From assembly GCF_001194135.2 (NCBI RefSeq), contig NC_069002.1, forward strand, positions 2,130,616 to 2,194,615: a stretch of 64,000 nucleotides of DNA, given 5' to 3'. Under the pieces are notes generated by a model that was given only the letters and a program-made list of their open reading frames with translations, had not been told where the DNA came from and ran no database searches. The stretch comes from Octopus bimaculoides. Lineage: Eukaryota. This document shows, one piece after another, positions 1 through 13,212 of this stretch (positions within the stretch are counted from its first letter, which is position 1; each line of letters opens with the position of its first letter). The position numbers and the translations under genes were made by a program.

Positions 1-79
<79 letters not shown>

Positions 80-961
80 ACCTACATTTCTTTTCTGAAT
101 TTTCTTTCAATGTATTCTACATATTAGCCCACTCCATCGCACGCATGGAATCACAGCCATGTCCTTGCATTTAATAGGCATGTAGTTATCATTCACACCC
201 ATACACATACATGCATTGGTATGTATATAATCCTACATACATACATACATATATATATATATACATACATGCAAACATATATATATGCATATATGTATAT
301 GTGCATATGTGTATATATATATATATATATAGACACACTCACACACACTCACACACACATACACACAGATAAATGTCCGTTTTTCTATTTAAATATGCGA
401 AAATATATATCTCAGATTCTTAGAAAAATGCATGTTTACACCACAAAAACACGCTCACACAACAACACTCACACAGACACAATGTTTCGTGCAGCTACGG
501 CCGAATATGCGCACATATTAATAATACTCACAAACATATATACATAGGTGAGACTGATCGACAAATTTATAGAGTGAAACGTTAATTTCTTTTTCTTCAG
601 ATTAAATATAAACGTATAAATTTCGTTTAGACAAATGTGTTCAATAGAAAGAGAATTCTTTCAAAACAACAAATTACACTCATTATTATGATCATCATCA
701 TCATCCTCACCATTATTATCATTATCATTATTATTATTAGTAGTAGTAGTATTATTATTGTTGTTGTTGTTGTTGTTGTTATCATTATTATCCTAATTAT
801 TATTATTGCTATTACTACTAGTTTAAGGTAACTAAATGCAGGTAATTTAGCAGTAAGGCGATTTGGGGGAAGGAGATATAACGATAAAGATCATGGAGGA
901 GGATATGGAGTAGAACAACAACAACTACAACAACAGCAGCAACAACAAAAAAACCAACAAC

Positions 962-1137
962 AAAGGCACAAGACCTGAATTTGCTGGGAGACGATTTGTC
1001 GATTACATGGAAGCTACTGTTTCACTGGTACTTAATTTATCGACGTAGGCGGAATTTGAACTAAGAAAGTAACGATGGCCAAATTGCCGCTAAGCATTTC
1101 GTCCAGCGTGTTAACGATTCTGGCAGCTCACCGTCTT
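962..1137 (-). mobile_element. tRNA-derived SINE, family A copy with internal deletion
   Basis: The reverse complement reads gagctgccagaatcgttaacacg...gaaatgcttagcggc...gttcaaattccgcc...gtcgataaattaagtaccagtg...aaattcaggtcttgtgcc. It is colinear with the well-preserved copy at 25662-25872. Confidence 0.85.
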
Positions 1138-1448
1138 AATAATTACATTGACAACAACCCTAACAAAACAATCCACAAACAGAATACAGTAAATATCCAA
1201 TAAAATAAAACTACCACCAGTCGGCCGTTTACCCAACGCATTACACACACATTACACAATATACAGCACAAAATACAAGAAAAAGTGCACAGCAGTTCAT
1301 TAACAAGAAGAAACTGACGCATTACAATACCGGGAAGCGTTTGCACTCCGCGACCAACAAGGAAAAATACCATGCTGCACAGACTCCAGCAACACAGAGG
1401 TGTAGCAGGTGATGCAGTAGACACTTGCCTGAGACTACCAAGTGTTAA

Positions 1449-1467
1449 ACAATAATAATAACGAAGA

Positions 1468-1523
<56 letters not shown>

Positions 1524-1628
1524 TGATGATAATGATGATGATGATGGAGGAAAAAGAAAAGACATCAACAGTAGCAATTGTAGCAGTAGCTGCAACAGTG
1601 GCAGGAGCTGTAGTGGTGGTAGCAGTAG

Positions 1629-1698
<70 letters not shown>

Positions 1699-1920
1699 TG
1701 TAGTAGTGGTTGTGGTTGTGGTTGTGGTTGTGGTGGCAGTGGTGGTGTTGGTGATGGTCGTGGTATTGGTGACGGCGGTGGTGGTGCTGATGGTAGCAGT
1801 AGTAAGAGGCGGGGGAATAATGGTGATGGTGGTGACGATGATGACGATGCAAAAAAAGAGGAATAGGAGGAGGAAAATGAAAATTAAAGGAGAATGGTGA
1901 TGACGAAAGTTGCACAGATG
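1449..1920. repeat. Compound trinucleotide microsatellite (AAT/TAC/GAT/GCA/GTA/GTT/GTG)
   Basis: Visible runs of tactac, gatgat, gcagca, gtagta and gtggtg in sequence. These explain the poly-T/A/V/H ORFs at 1435-2017. Confidence 0.95.
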
Positions 1921-2506
1921 ATTTATGGGGATGGGGGGAGTATGTGGGCGACGGTGGCAAAGATGAAGAATATCTTGAGAAGAAGAAGATGAAAAATGCA
2001 AGCAACGAAGTAGACAAAGAAGGAAATATGGAACGTATGAAAAGGAATGAAACAGCAGTGAAAGAATTCTAAGAAAGAAACGAATGAAAATGTTAAAAAT
2101 GTCGAAGAGAAAACAGCTGCCAGAATCTTAAAATGGGCCACAATGGAATTTCGTATAGTGTAAGCACCTCTTATTTTTATCGTGGTTATATTAGTTTGTT
2201 GTTGTTGTTCTTCTTCTTGAGTTGACATGTATGTGTGAACGTGTTCTGTCCACTCCAACCCCACTCCACACACCCATCACCGCCCATTCTATACTTCTGA
2301 CTACTTTATTCAATATGACTTTGACCCTTTCAGTTAGATCCAGGTCGTGAATAGTAATACAGTAATGGTAGTAGTAGTTGTTTCTTGTTTCAGTTACCCT
2401 CGATTTCTAGCCGGCTTGAGGTTTTTCTTTAGTTCTAGCAATGATGATGATGATGATGATGATGATACTGCTGAAGCTGTTTCGTTATTGTCCCCCCCCC
2501 CTGTTA

Positions 2507-2688
2507 TTTAGCCCAAGGTCATCTGATTGAGCCAATCCATAATCGAACCGCCTCCAAATTTCACAAACGCATTGTTTTATTTTTCAGCCATGTCGTTTCT
2601 GTGACTATGTTGTCAAGTATTTCATTATTGTTTTGGAGAAAATATGTTGAAGATTTTTACAGCCATTTCTAGCATATCGACCATCCTT
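2507..2688 (-). mobile_element. Dispersed repeat family C copy
   Basis: Shares the exact 17-mer gatgaccttgggctaaa (reverse complement at 2507-2523) with 14716-14732. Its tgctagaaatggctgtaaaa head resembles 51911-51930. Confidence 0.65.
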
Positions 2689-2689
2689 A

Positions 2690-2766
2690 TAGAGGTAAAT
2701 CTCAAGGGTCACTGGCAGAAGTTGAACTCAGAACATAAAGAGCCGGAAGAAATATCGTAAGGCATT
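2690..2766 (-). mobile_element. SINE family A fragment (B-box region)
   Basis: gaagttgaactcagaacataaag...gaaatatcgtaaggcatt is the reverse complement of the family A gttctgagttcaa segment. Confidence 0.55.
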
Positions 2767-3213
2767 AAGAAATAAATAACAAAAAATACTTTGTAGAAGA
2801 TTAAAAAGTAAAAAAGAAGGAAAAGGGCAAGTCAGAAGAAATTTTTGTAGTTATTGATGAGAAAAAATAGAGTAAGGTGATAAATAAATAAATAAAGGGA
2901 AGAAAAATGGCGACGTTGAAATATGGGAGAACATAAGTTTAAAAGAAAAAGAAAAGATGTAATTTTTTTTTATTTTTAGAAAAAATAAAATGCAATAATA
3001 GAAAAGAAAGCAAAAGAAAATATATATCAAAAATATGAGACAAAATACTAAGATATATGAATTGAAAAGAAAAAAAATAATCAAGAGAAAAAGTACATAC
3101 ACCATTGCAGAAACATAAGACAAAAACGCGAATAAAATAAAAGAATTTAAGACAAAAAAAAATCATTGAAAAAAGACGAGACAAATTAAAGTAGGTTTTT
3201 TCTTTTCTTGCAG

Positions 3214-3254
3214 ATGTGCAGAAAAAGAATAAAAATAAGAGAAAGAAGATACGC
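3214..3254 (+). CDS. Candidate 41-nt microexon, possible peptide (D)VQKKNKNKRKKIR
   Basis: Acceptor tttttcttttcttgcag ends at 3213 and donor gtaagt lies at 3255-3260. Two frames are open. No protein recognised. Confidence 0.25.
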
Positions 3255-4414
3255 GTAAGTCACTGCTCTAGTTATCTAGTTGTGTATATTTTTTATATAT
3301 ATTTTCTTTTACCTACTTTGATTCGTGTAAGCGATATCGGAGGATGTGTCTCTGTCACAATATTTTTCAAAATGGTGTCTGAAGTTATAAATAGCCATTG
3401 TTGATATCCTGGCGATAAAATACTAATAGCTATTCCTNNNNNNNNNNNNNNNNNNNNNNNNNNNNNNNNNNNNNNNNNNNNNNNNNNNNNNNNNNNNNNN
3501 NNNNNNNNNNNNNNNNNNNNNNNNNNNNNNNNNNNNNNNNNNNNNNNNNNNNNNNNNNNNNNNNNNNNNNNNNNNNNNNNNNNNNNNNNNNNNNNNNNNN
3601 NNNNNNNNNNNNNNNNNNNNNNNNNNNNNNTATATAGTATACATACATTTATCTTTACATATATACACACATTGTGATTTTGTCATTTGAAGATCAACTT
3701 TCACTGCAGTCTTTACACACCCTGCTATATTAAGAGTAAGTGTTTCTTATCAATGGAGATAAGAAATTGTTGTTGCTTTTGTGGATGATGATGATAATGA
3801 TGATGACGATGGTGACAGTGTTGTTGATATTGTTTTATTTCAGGTCAGCGTTCCAACTAGCGTTCCAAGTTTGGACATCACCTTTTATGTTCACGTAAAT
3901 CATAGATATTACTTTCAAATTTTGGGCACAGGGCCGGTAATTTCATCGAATCCAGAGCTGAACTGATACATATTTTATCGATCCGGACAAGATGAATTGC
4001 AAGGTCGAGAAAGAACTGTTCTGCGATGAATTTTATAGTTAGAAAATGAGCAATCACTCTAGTGCTCGTTCTTATTTTTCTTGTTCTGTAGGTTTTGTTA
4101 AGTGATGGTATCGATAGTAGTTGTGGCTGCGTAACTGTTGTGGAACATTGGTAATTCAACTGTTGGCATCGCTAATACTTTTAGAGACTGTGTCCTACAT
4201 CCTCTTGCAACTGTTGATATTTGATGTGTTGATGCAACAGAGACAGTTGTCGTTGCTTCTGTTGGTTGCTGTGGTTGCAATTTTAATTATAACAATAACA
4301 TAGAATTTTGTTCTTAATCTCATTGTTATCGAACATAAAGCGTCGACGTCAGTGAATGCAGTTGTATCACGATTCCCCTTTTTGATAACAAAGCACTTCT
4401 TTCCTAGCTAGCAG

Positions 4415-5020
4415 GATAGCTTGCTGCAACGACAGCTTACTATAACGATGGCTTCCTGCAGCGATGGCTTGCAACAGTGATGGCTTGTTTGTACAAAAGC
4501 TTGCTAACATGGCCATTGCTAGAATACCTCAATTTGTACCAAGATCACATGCTACAACGATGGCTTACTACACTGATGGCTTGCTACAACCATAGCTTGT
4601 AACAACGATGGCTGGCTACTACGAAAACTTGCGAACATGCTCATTACTAACACGTTGTTAGCCAGCACGATCGCTTGCTGTCACCACTGATTGTTACTAC
4701 AATGGCTTACCAGCACAGTGGTTTCTATCACGATGGCTTGCTACCACGATTGCTTCTTTACATGACAGCTTGCTAGCATGATGGATGCTGGTGCGATGAG
4801 CTTTCTCTAACGATGCTATGCTGCCACGATGACTTAATACGACGATAGCTTGCTGCAGAGATGGCTTGTTACGAAAATGGTTTCTACCACAATAGAGTAC
4901 TAGTTCCATGTTTGCTACCACGATGACTTGCTACAAAGATGGCGTGCTGCCACAATGACTCGCTAGCATAGTATTTACAAATATAATGGCTTGTTCTCGT
5001 GATGGCTTACTATCATGTTG
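4415..5020. repeat. Degenerate 16-bp minisatellite, consensus about GATGGCTTGCTACAAC, roughly 35-38 units
   Basis: Consecutive 16-nt units, for example gatggcttactacact / gatggcttgctacaac / catagcttgtaacaac / gatggctggctactac at about 4559-4622. Confidence 0.85.
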
Positions 5021-7986
5021 AATTTCTATTAAAATGTTATGCTATCACGATATACCCACCTACATATATTTAACATCTGCGTTTGGCACTTTCCTTATCA
5101 ATGCTAAAATTGTAGCCAGCATTTTTCCTTTTAATATTTGTTATAATTTTCATATCTTTTTTTTTTTATATTCAAACACATTTCAACATTTTTAAACGAG
5201 AAAAAGATTAACTGCACAACTCTTCCTATTCTTGATCAATTCTGCACCAAAATAAACAATAAGAATTAACGATAAGAAAACATGAGTCGGACAATATCAA
5301 CAACGATTTCGACAAAAACCGAGATTTGACAGTGTAGCTGTCAGTTAGAGTGAAAACATATAACATAAAAATAAAGCTATTAAATAAATAACAATAATTA
5401 TAGTATTCTTGAACGTAACATTACATTTAATATTGAATCTTTTATTGCGGTACAGGTCGATAGACGATGGCGGTGGAGGTGACATTATACACAACAACAA
5501 CAGCAATAAATACTACAACAAAAACAATAATGACACAGATTACAAAAACCCGGTGCGTGCTTTACCTTTAATGGTATAAGTGTAATTAATATTTAAACAG
5601 TTCTTCTAGGCTGACTGAATAGACTGTAAAATTTCACCTTTGAATGTGGACTATGTCAAAAGCTAAAAATAAAATTAGAGGCAGAGAATGATGTGAAATG
5701 ATTTGTTATTGGTGTTGTTGCTGTTGTTATAGTTGTTGTTTTAATTGTTGTGGAAGACGTGAAGATTTGGCATTTTATATTTTTTTTATTTCTCTTGAGA
5801 GAGAATAGTAACAAAACTTTAACCACATTTATTGAAGAAGTCAGTATTTAAAATAAAACACAATGAATTCTTTACTGGAAATCGAACTTTTGGTAAACTA
5901 TAACAGCATCAATATGGCAGCAATGCAATAAGATGAAAGGGGCGAATTTAGAAGAAGAAAAAAATTTCAAGATGGCGAATTTAAGTGTTTTAACGGCAAT
6001 CTTATTGATCCGTTCTTCTTTCATCTGTCGAATAATATCGAAGCCATTAGGCATTGGTTTCAAAATATCCTTTCTAATTCGTTCTTGCCATCAACTCTTT
6101 TACCTTTTATATCTTTCAAGCCTCCTCGAGACGTTCTTTCTTCGTCTATTTATCATGTCTGCAACGATTCTTTATCCAAAGAAGAAAAGTAAAGAAAGAA
6201 AAAAAAAAAAGAGAAAAGAAACAATTTACTGTTTGGCATCTATATCTTGGGTGATTCTGAAATTTACTTCTTTCTCTCTGTAGTATTAACAGGAAAATAT
6301 ATTAAAACTTTCTTACACCTGCAAAGATCGCTGGAGATTCGATAATTTAACTCTCAGCAGATATGAAAACAGAAAGTTAATGATGTGTATTCTTTCTACA
6401 TTATATGATTCTTTAACCAGATGAATGACTTTTGGATAAAACCGACCAAGTAGCACATATGGTTTTCCATCGCCTATGTAGCATCCAGTGTCACCCCTCT
6501 CACAGAGCCCAAACTGATCTCTATGTGGTCATTTCCCCTTAGAACATCTACCGTCTAGAATCCCTTTCCTTCCTCATGTCTCTCTAGCAGATGCCAACTT
6601 GCAATATTTTAAGAGGAACGTTAAGGGTAGCAGTGTTAGTAGATTTGTAGAAACTACGAAACATGTAGGTACTGTACCTTGTTCTAGAACGAGTGAGTGT
6701 AAAACAACCCTTTAATTTCATATATATTTCCGATGTGAAGAGAATATCTCACATCTTAAGATGAAGACCTATTAGGGTAAATGGGAAAACAATTGAGTTA
6801 TGTGAAGTTGGAATACCTTAACTTGATTAATGTTGGATGGTCACGGTTGAAACGCGTTTCAAAAATAATCATTATGGCCTTGGTGACCCATAACTTACAT
6901 GCGTGAAATACAGCGATGTCGAACCGCCAGCAAACACACCACTGCTTTTATAAACACGTGAATGTAATGCCAACTTTGCAGTGCAGAGAAATATCACATC
7001 TCAACATATATAAACCGAATATATTAAATAATACAATGACAAAAGTTTTGTTAAACGTCAACACCAAAGTAAATTCAAACTTGTGAAGATGACTGTATAA
7101 CAGAATCCCACTGATCAATGTTCAAATATCTATGGACCCTAAAATGGAGTGCTTGTACACAAAACATATGCCCCAGCACCTACTAACCAAGTCTCGAACA
7201 ACTAGATGGTATTTCTGAAAGTGTTAATAGTAGCATACGATAAGATTTCTTTCTTTATTTACCTACGCATTATCTTTGTGATGAATTGTGCTCAGGCTCG
7301 CCAGTTGCTGTTCTTATTCGTTTCTGGAAACTTTTCAGAGCTTCAGCTCTAACAATTCCATTTCGTTAAGTAGGTGCAGCTGAAATATAGAAATACATCA
7401 AACAATGTGTTTGTACTTGCAACTAATATAACAGTGCGCAGAGTTTTATTTAGATGAAAACCCATCTGATAAATTGGCCACATAAATATGCAGTGTTTGC
7501 TTCCAATGGTAAATGTAGCGACAGAGGTGAGCAGGGTCAGTATTTCAAAGATACAGTATGAGGTGAAAAAGAGTAAAGTATCGACTGCAAAAGTTTGGAT
7601 GATGAGAAACAATAAGAGAGGCGAAATGAGGCCTGGAAGAGTTTGTGTTTGTTACTACTGAATTTTAGCCTAAGGTCAAACATGATCCATAGTGTACCCG
7701 TCTTGTGTTCAAGTTGTACTTGAAAGAAATACAGTACTTGGGTTTTTTTTCAATATCCTTACGCTCAAACACTGTAGAAGTTCTTAGATAAATATAACGA
7801 AATAAATTTGTATTAATATATTTGTAAAGGGTAGAGTTGCGTCTATTAGGTTTGAAGATCAATATTTCAGACTGGACAGGCGGACAAGTTAATAGGGCGT
7901 AAAACACGCTGATAATTTGTTTCATTACTTGTCATACAGTTTACTGTCTGTCAGACTGTCTGGCAGCCTATCTATCTACTAACTAT

Positions 7987-8101
<115 letters not shown>

Positions 8102-8580
8102 TTTAGTCAGATACATAGATATGCATATATCAATATCTGTGGTTTTATTGCTGGCTACAACAGATTGTATTTCGCTACTGGCATCTACAGACTATTTTGT
8201 AGTTTTTGAAAGTAATGTCTTTGTACACTGAATACCATCTAAGATTTCACACGAATCCAACATTGCCTTCATTAATTGTTTTATAAAATGGCTTCTCTGT
8301 CGACTGTTACATTATTTTTTTTTCATGTCTAAAAGTCTGTTTGAACGTAAAACATGAGTTCCTTAGGTATATAAAATACAGAACTAAAAACTTGTTTCAA
8401 ATAGTCAATGAAAGAGTCTCTATGATATCGCGAATGTTGCTAAGAATAGTATTGAAAAATACGTGAAAAGGTACCAGAATGTCTTTAAAAAGACGTGCAC
8501 TTAATGTTTCTAGCTAGATTATGGCTTACATTGACATATATCCAAAGATAATACCTTTGGTTATAGGACAGCTTGATTAT

Positions 8581-8638
<58 letters not shown>

Positions 8639-8684
8639 NNNNNNNNNNNNNNNNNNNNNNNNNNNNNNNNNNNNNNNNNNNNNN

Positions 8685-8728
<44 letters not shown>

Positions 8729-11116
8729 AAAATGTCAAGGTTGAAAATGCTAAAATAATTTTATCATAAAAAACATTTTGGTACCGGTTTCAGTTATTGA
8801 AACTTTTCAACTCAAGACTGGAAAACAATTAAGTGTTGGAAAAAATAAATGAAAAAGTTTTAAAAAGAATATTTGCATAGTATTCAAATACAAGGGACAT
8901 TTCCTTGTTTCTGGCTGTCTCTGTCTCTCTTGTTTACTCTTGTGGGTTCAAGGACAGATAGATAGATAGATAAAGAGAGAGATTGATAGAAGTGCGCGCG
9001 CGTATGTTTGTATATACATTCACATATATTTCTACGGGATCTTTCATCCACAAACACATACCTATACAGAAATGTAAGCGCACGCATAATTTCTATCTGC
9101 ATTTACATACATATAGAAGCATATATTACGCTCTGTGTGCATTACCTCTTTCTGATAGAGCTCACTCTTGCATTAACTCCTCTCTCTGTTTATCTTACAA
9201 CCACACGAATTTACATTGAGATAATACAGCATTTTAACGCAAACAGAGAAACACATATGCATATCTCACCTGATACATACACACATTCACAAATTCAAAC
9301 ATTTAGTCATACACACGGGCGCCTGCACTGACGAACAATAATATATGCGTATTATACCTGTATACATCACTGAACTCTTTACACTAATATGGCTGGCATT
9401 AAGCTTGCCGAGAGACAGCAGAAAAATTTGGAGGGAATAGGAAGATAATAACACAGCAGGAGATGAACGGAAGAGAGGCAAGGGGAGAGAAGCATGTCAG
9501 ATATACGTTGCCTGACAGCATCACAAAACAGAAGACAATGGAACATCAGATCCCGCCGGGCAAATAACATTTCAAAGCTCAATCGTGTTTCTGGATTTTT
9601 GGTAAATGAAATAATATAGCGTTTCCGTTTCACTTTATATAGCCTTAACTCACCTTTTCGTCCATGTTATAGTCGTCCTTATCTTTCGCATTGTCGTATT
9701 CGTGATGAAGGTGATGGTTGGTGTGGCGATGATGCTATTGTAGCTAATGTTGCTGCTGCTAATGATGATGCTGATGGTGGTGGTATTGATGTTTGATCTC
9801 GATGTTGAGGTTGGAGTTGGTGTTCGTGCTGTTTGTTTGTGGTGACGGTGATGTCGGTGGTAATAAACAGGAAGACGGTTATGGTGAAGATGATGATGAT
9901 GATGATGATGACGATGATGACGATGACGACGACTGCGAGATGACGATGATGACGATGAGGATGATGATGCTTATGATTATGTTGATGAAATTGCTACAGC
10001 TGCTTCTACTGATGATGATAATGAGGAGTAGGAGTAGGAGCAGGATAAAGATCATGAGTAGAAGCAGGGGAAAGAGATGCTTTATAATGATGTCTATGAT
10101 GCTGGCGATGGAGAAGATGGCAGTGGTCATGGTAGCAAAAGGGATAATTAAGAGGATGGGGAAGATTATCATGCCGGCTTTTTTATCTCTTTTTTCTTCA
10201 GTCATTCCATTTATTTATTTATATATTTATTTATTTTATTTATTTTCTGTTTCCTCCCTATATAAGCAAAAAAAAAAAAAAAAAGAACTCAGTCTGGCAG
10301 ACGCACAATGTAAGAGCGCACCTTTGATGCGGGTCTGGAGAAGTGTCACTCTAGTGTTTAAAAACCGCAAGTATTACGAAAAATTTCACTTTGAACTTTT
10401 GCGTGATATGCCGTTGAAATCAGACTCGGTAAGGCAACTAATGTAATCGATCATTGAAGATGTATTAAAGTCGTTTTTGTCTTCTTTATATACATACATA
10501 CATACATACATACATACATACATACATGCAAACATGCATGCATACATACATACATACATACATACATACCTACATACATACATACACGCACACGCAGTTA
10601 ATATTATATAGATTGAGTGTGATAAAGTATATTATAAAGTGTTTACGTAACTTACAGGAAATAGCTGCTAGGTCACCAAATCACTCCCAGAATCAAATCA
10701 CTGTTGCCTTATTGATATAAAAACACATGTAGGACTGTATACTTATCGATACAGCAAAAGAAATTATTTCAATAGTGATCGGTCTGACGCTCCGCAACGA
10801 TAACAACAGCAATCGCCAGAGCAAAAATATTATCGTAATACATAATACACATAATATATAAGAATGTGTTAATCGTTTGTAAAGCCAGCGCATCTTTGAG
10901 AATGAGGAAAATAATCGGTATCGGAGCTGAACAAAACGATAAGATTTTGACCGGAAGTGATGGATCGTTGGGTTGAAAGTACGTAGTATATCATTATTTT
11001 TCCTTTCTTCTTTGCAAGTCGCGCAAGCGAACAAAGAAACAGGTGATAGACATGGATGTATGCCTTTACTTGTACGCGTCTGTGTGTCTGAGTATGTATA
11101 TATGGGCATAAAATAT

Positions 11117-11194
<78 letters not shown>

Positions 11195-11225
11195 GTTTGT
11201 CTATCTGTCTGTCTATCCATCTATC

Positions 11226-11260
<35 letters not shown>

Positions 11261-11279
11261 ATTTATCTATCTATCAATC

Positions 11280-11310
<31 letters not shown>

Positions 11311-12372
11311 ATTTATCTATCTATATCTACATATTTATCTATCTGCAGAAACACACACACACATATAGAAACATATAGACATAAATACACACATACACAT
11401 ACGAAAATACGTTCATACATAGATACATACATGTGTACATACACGCATATATAAATGCATACGTATCTACACACATACTAAGATTCATGCACAGACACAC
11501 ACATACAAATATGAATACGTAGAATACATTTATGCGTATATATACATATATATATATAGATACGAAATATGCATGCACACATACACATGCGTAAATACAT
11601 ACATACATACATACATACATACATACATACATACATACATACATAGAGAGCTCGATGATTAACTGATCAAAAAATTAATGTAAATATCTATCAGGTAATT
11701 GATTACTTATTTAATTAGTTGATTTATAATAATGATAATTAAAAGCAAAACAGAACTAGTGTGTATATACAGATTGAAAATATGGCACTCCCATGATATA
11801 TACTTATACATACATGCATACATACATATATATATTTATATATATATGCACACAAACATACACACACACAAATATATGTATGTATATATGCATGTATATG
11901 CATACAAGAATATTTGTATGTGTATATGTACATATACACATATGTATGTGTGTATGTATGTGTGTATAAATATCTTCATATATAACGAGATCATATATAT
12001 ATATATATATATATATAACTTAGCCTCTTGGCAAAACTTACTGTTCAAAATATACTGTTCTTGGCAAAATATACTGTACCTCACGTTGGTAACGTATTTG
12101 GGGTGGACTCGATCGACTGGACTTACTATGGAAGGCTCCAGCCTGGTCACCATCCTTTGATTAAGATAACTGAAAAAGAAGTTAACCATTGATTTCCGTA
12201 TCATTTGCAGTATCTTCCAAAAACATTTTAAGTGATGTTCATTTTGAATTGTATTACATTCAATGGGTGTAGGTTTCCCTGCATAAATTTTTACATATAT
12301 TCATTCACAGTTCGAGGAACCACAGACTTCTGCCAGATAAATCGCAATTCTTCTATCTATATTTACCTCTTT

Positions 12373-12597
12373 CAAGGCAGCGAGTGGACAAAATGGTTAG
12401 CACGTCTTTCAGATTAATTAACGGCATTTTGTCCGTCTTTACGTTCTCAGTTGAACTTCCATCGAGGTCTACTTGACCTTTCATCCTTTGATTGTTTTTA
12501 TTTCCATAAAATAAGTACCATTTGAAGGTACTGAGTCCGATGTAATCGACTTATCTCTTCTCCGGAAATTGCTGGCTTTGTACCAAACGTTGAAATT
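12373..12597 (+). mobile_element. SINE family A, near full-length diverged copy
   Basis: aaggcagcgagtggacaaaatggttagcacg...tttacgttctcagttgaacttcc...cctttcatcc...aaataagtacca...gatgtaatcgactt aligns by eye along 25662-25872. Confidence 0.8.
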
Positions 12598-12738
12598 AAT
12601 ATTTACTTTGTTCGCAATTTTGAGCAAAGATTCAAAATCTCGTTGCAACTCTGTTTTGTTCTTGCTTTTTATGATCAAAGATATTCCTTGTTCATATGAT
12701 ACGCATATGAAACACTCCTACACGTTACATGCACCAAA

Positions 12739-12739
12739 C

Positions 12740-12811
<72 letters not shown>

Positions 12812-12816
12812 ACATA
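12739..12816. repeat. (CA)n microsatellite
   Basis: Directly visible. One of dozens of (CA)n, (TA)n, (TACA)n and (CTAT)n runs in the window. Confidence 0.95.
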
Positions 12817-13179
12817 CAAACCCACAAGCGTTCACACAATCCTGCTCATACTTACATGAGCACGCAGATATACAAACACTTCAAACAAATCCTAATAGAA
12901 AGAAACAAATTCATCTACATTTTCATTGAGCATTTATATTTTATGTTTGTTTTGCGACGAAGATGATGGTGAGAAGTGAGAAGAAAAATGTTCATCACCA
13001 TCACGATCATTATCTTCACCATCGCCATCAACACCATTATCATCGACCTGATAATTATCATCACAATCGTCTTGACTATCTTTGCCGTCGTTGTCATCGT
13101 CATCATCGATCTCAATTGTAGCGTATCATGGCCTTCATAGGCATCGTCTTCCTCATCGTCTCCGTCGTCGTTGTCGTTG

Positions 13180-13212
<33 letters not shown>

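Noticed and set aside
4415-5020. CRISPR-like array interpretation of the 16-bp repeat
   Set aside because: The units are contiguous and degenerate, with no unique spacers and no cas genes, in a eukaryotic context.
5872-6283. ORFs 5872-6063 (-) and 5933-6283 (+), and a possible minus-strand exon MINRRRKNVSRRLERYK
   Set aside because: No recognisable protein, in-frame stops nearby and only a weak donor (gtaaaa).
9640-9740. Strong minus-strand donor AAG|GTGAGT preceded by HHLHHEYDNAKDKDDYNMDEK
   Set aside because: The upstream sequence is triplet-derived low-complexity text with an in-frame stop and no credible acceptor.
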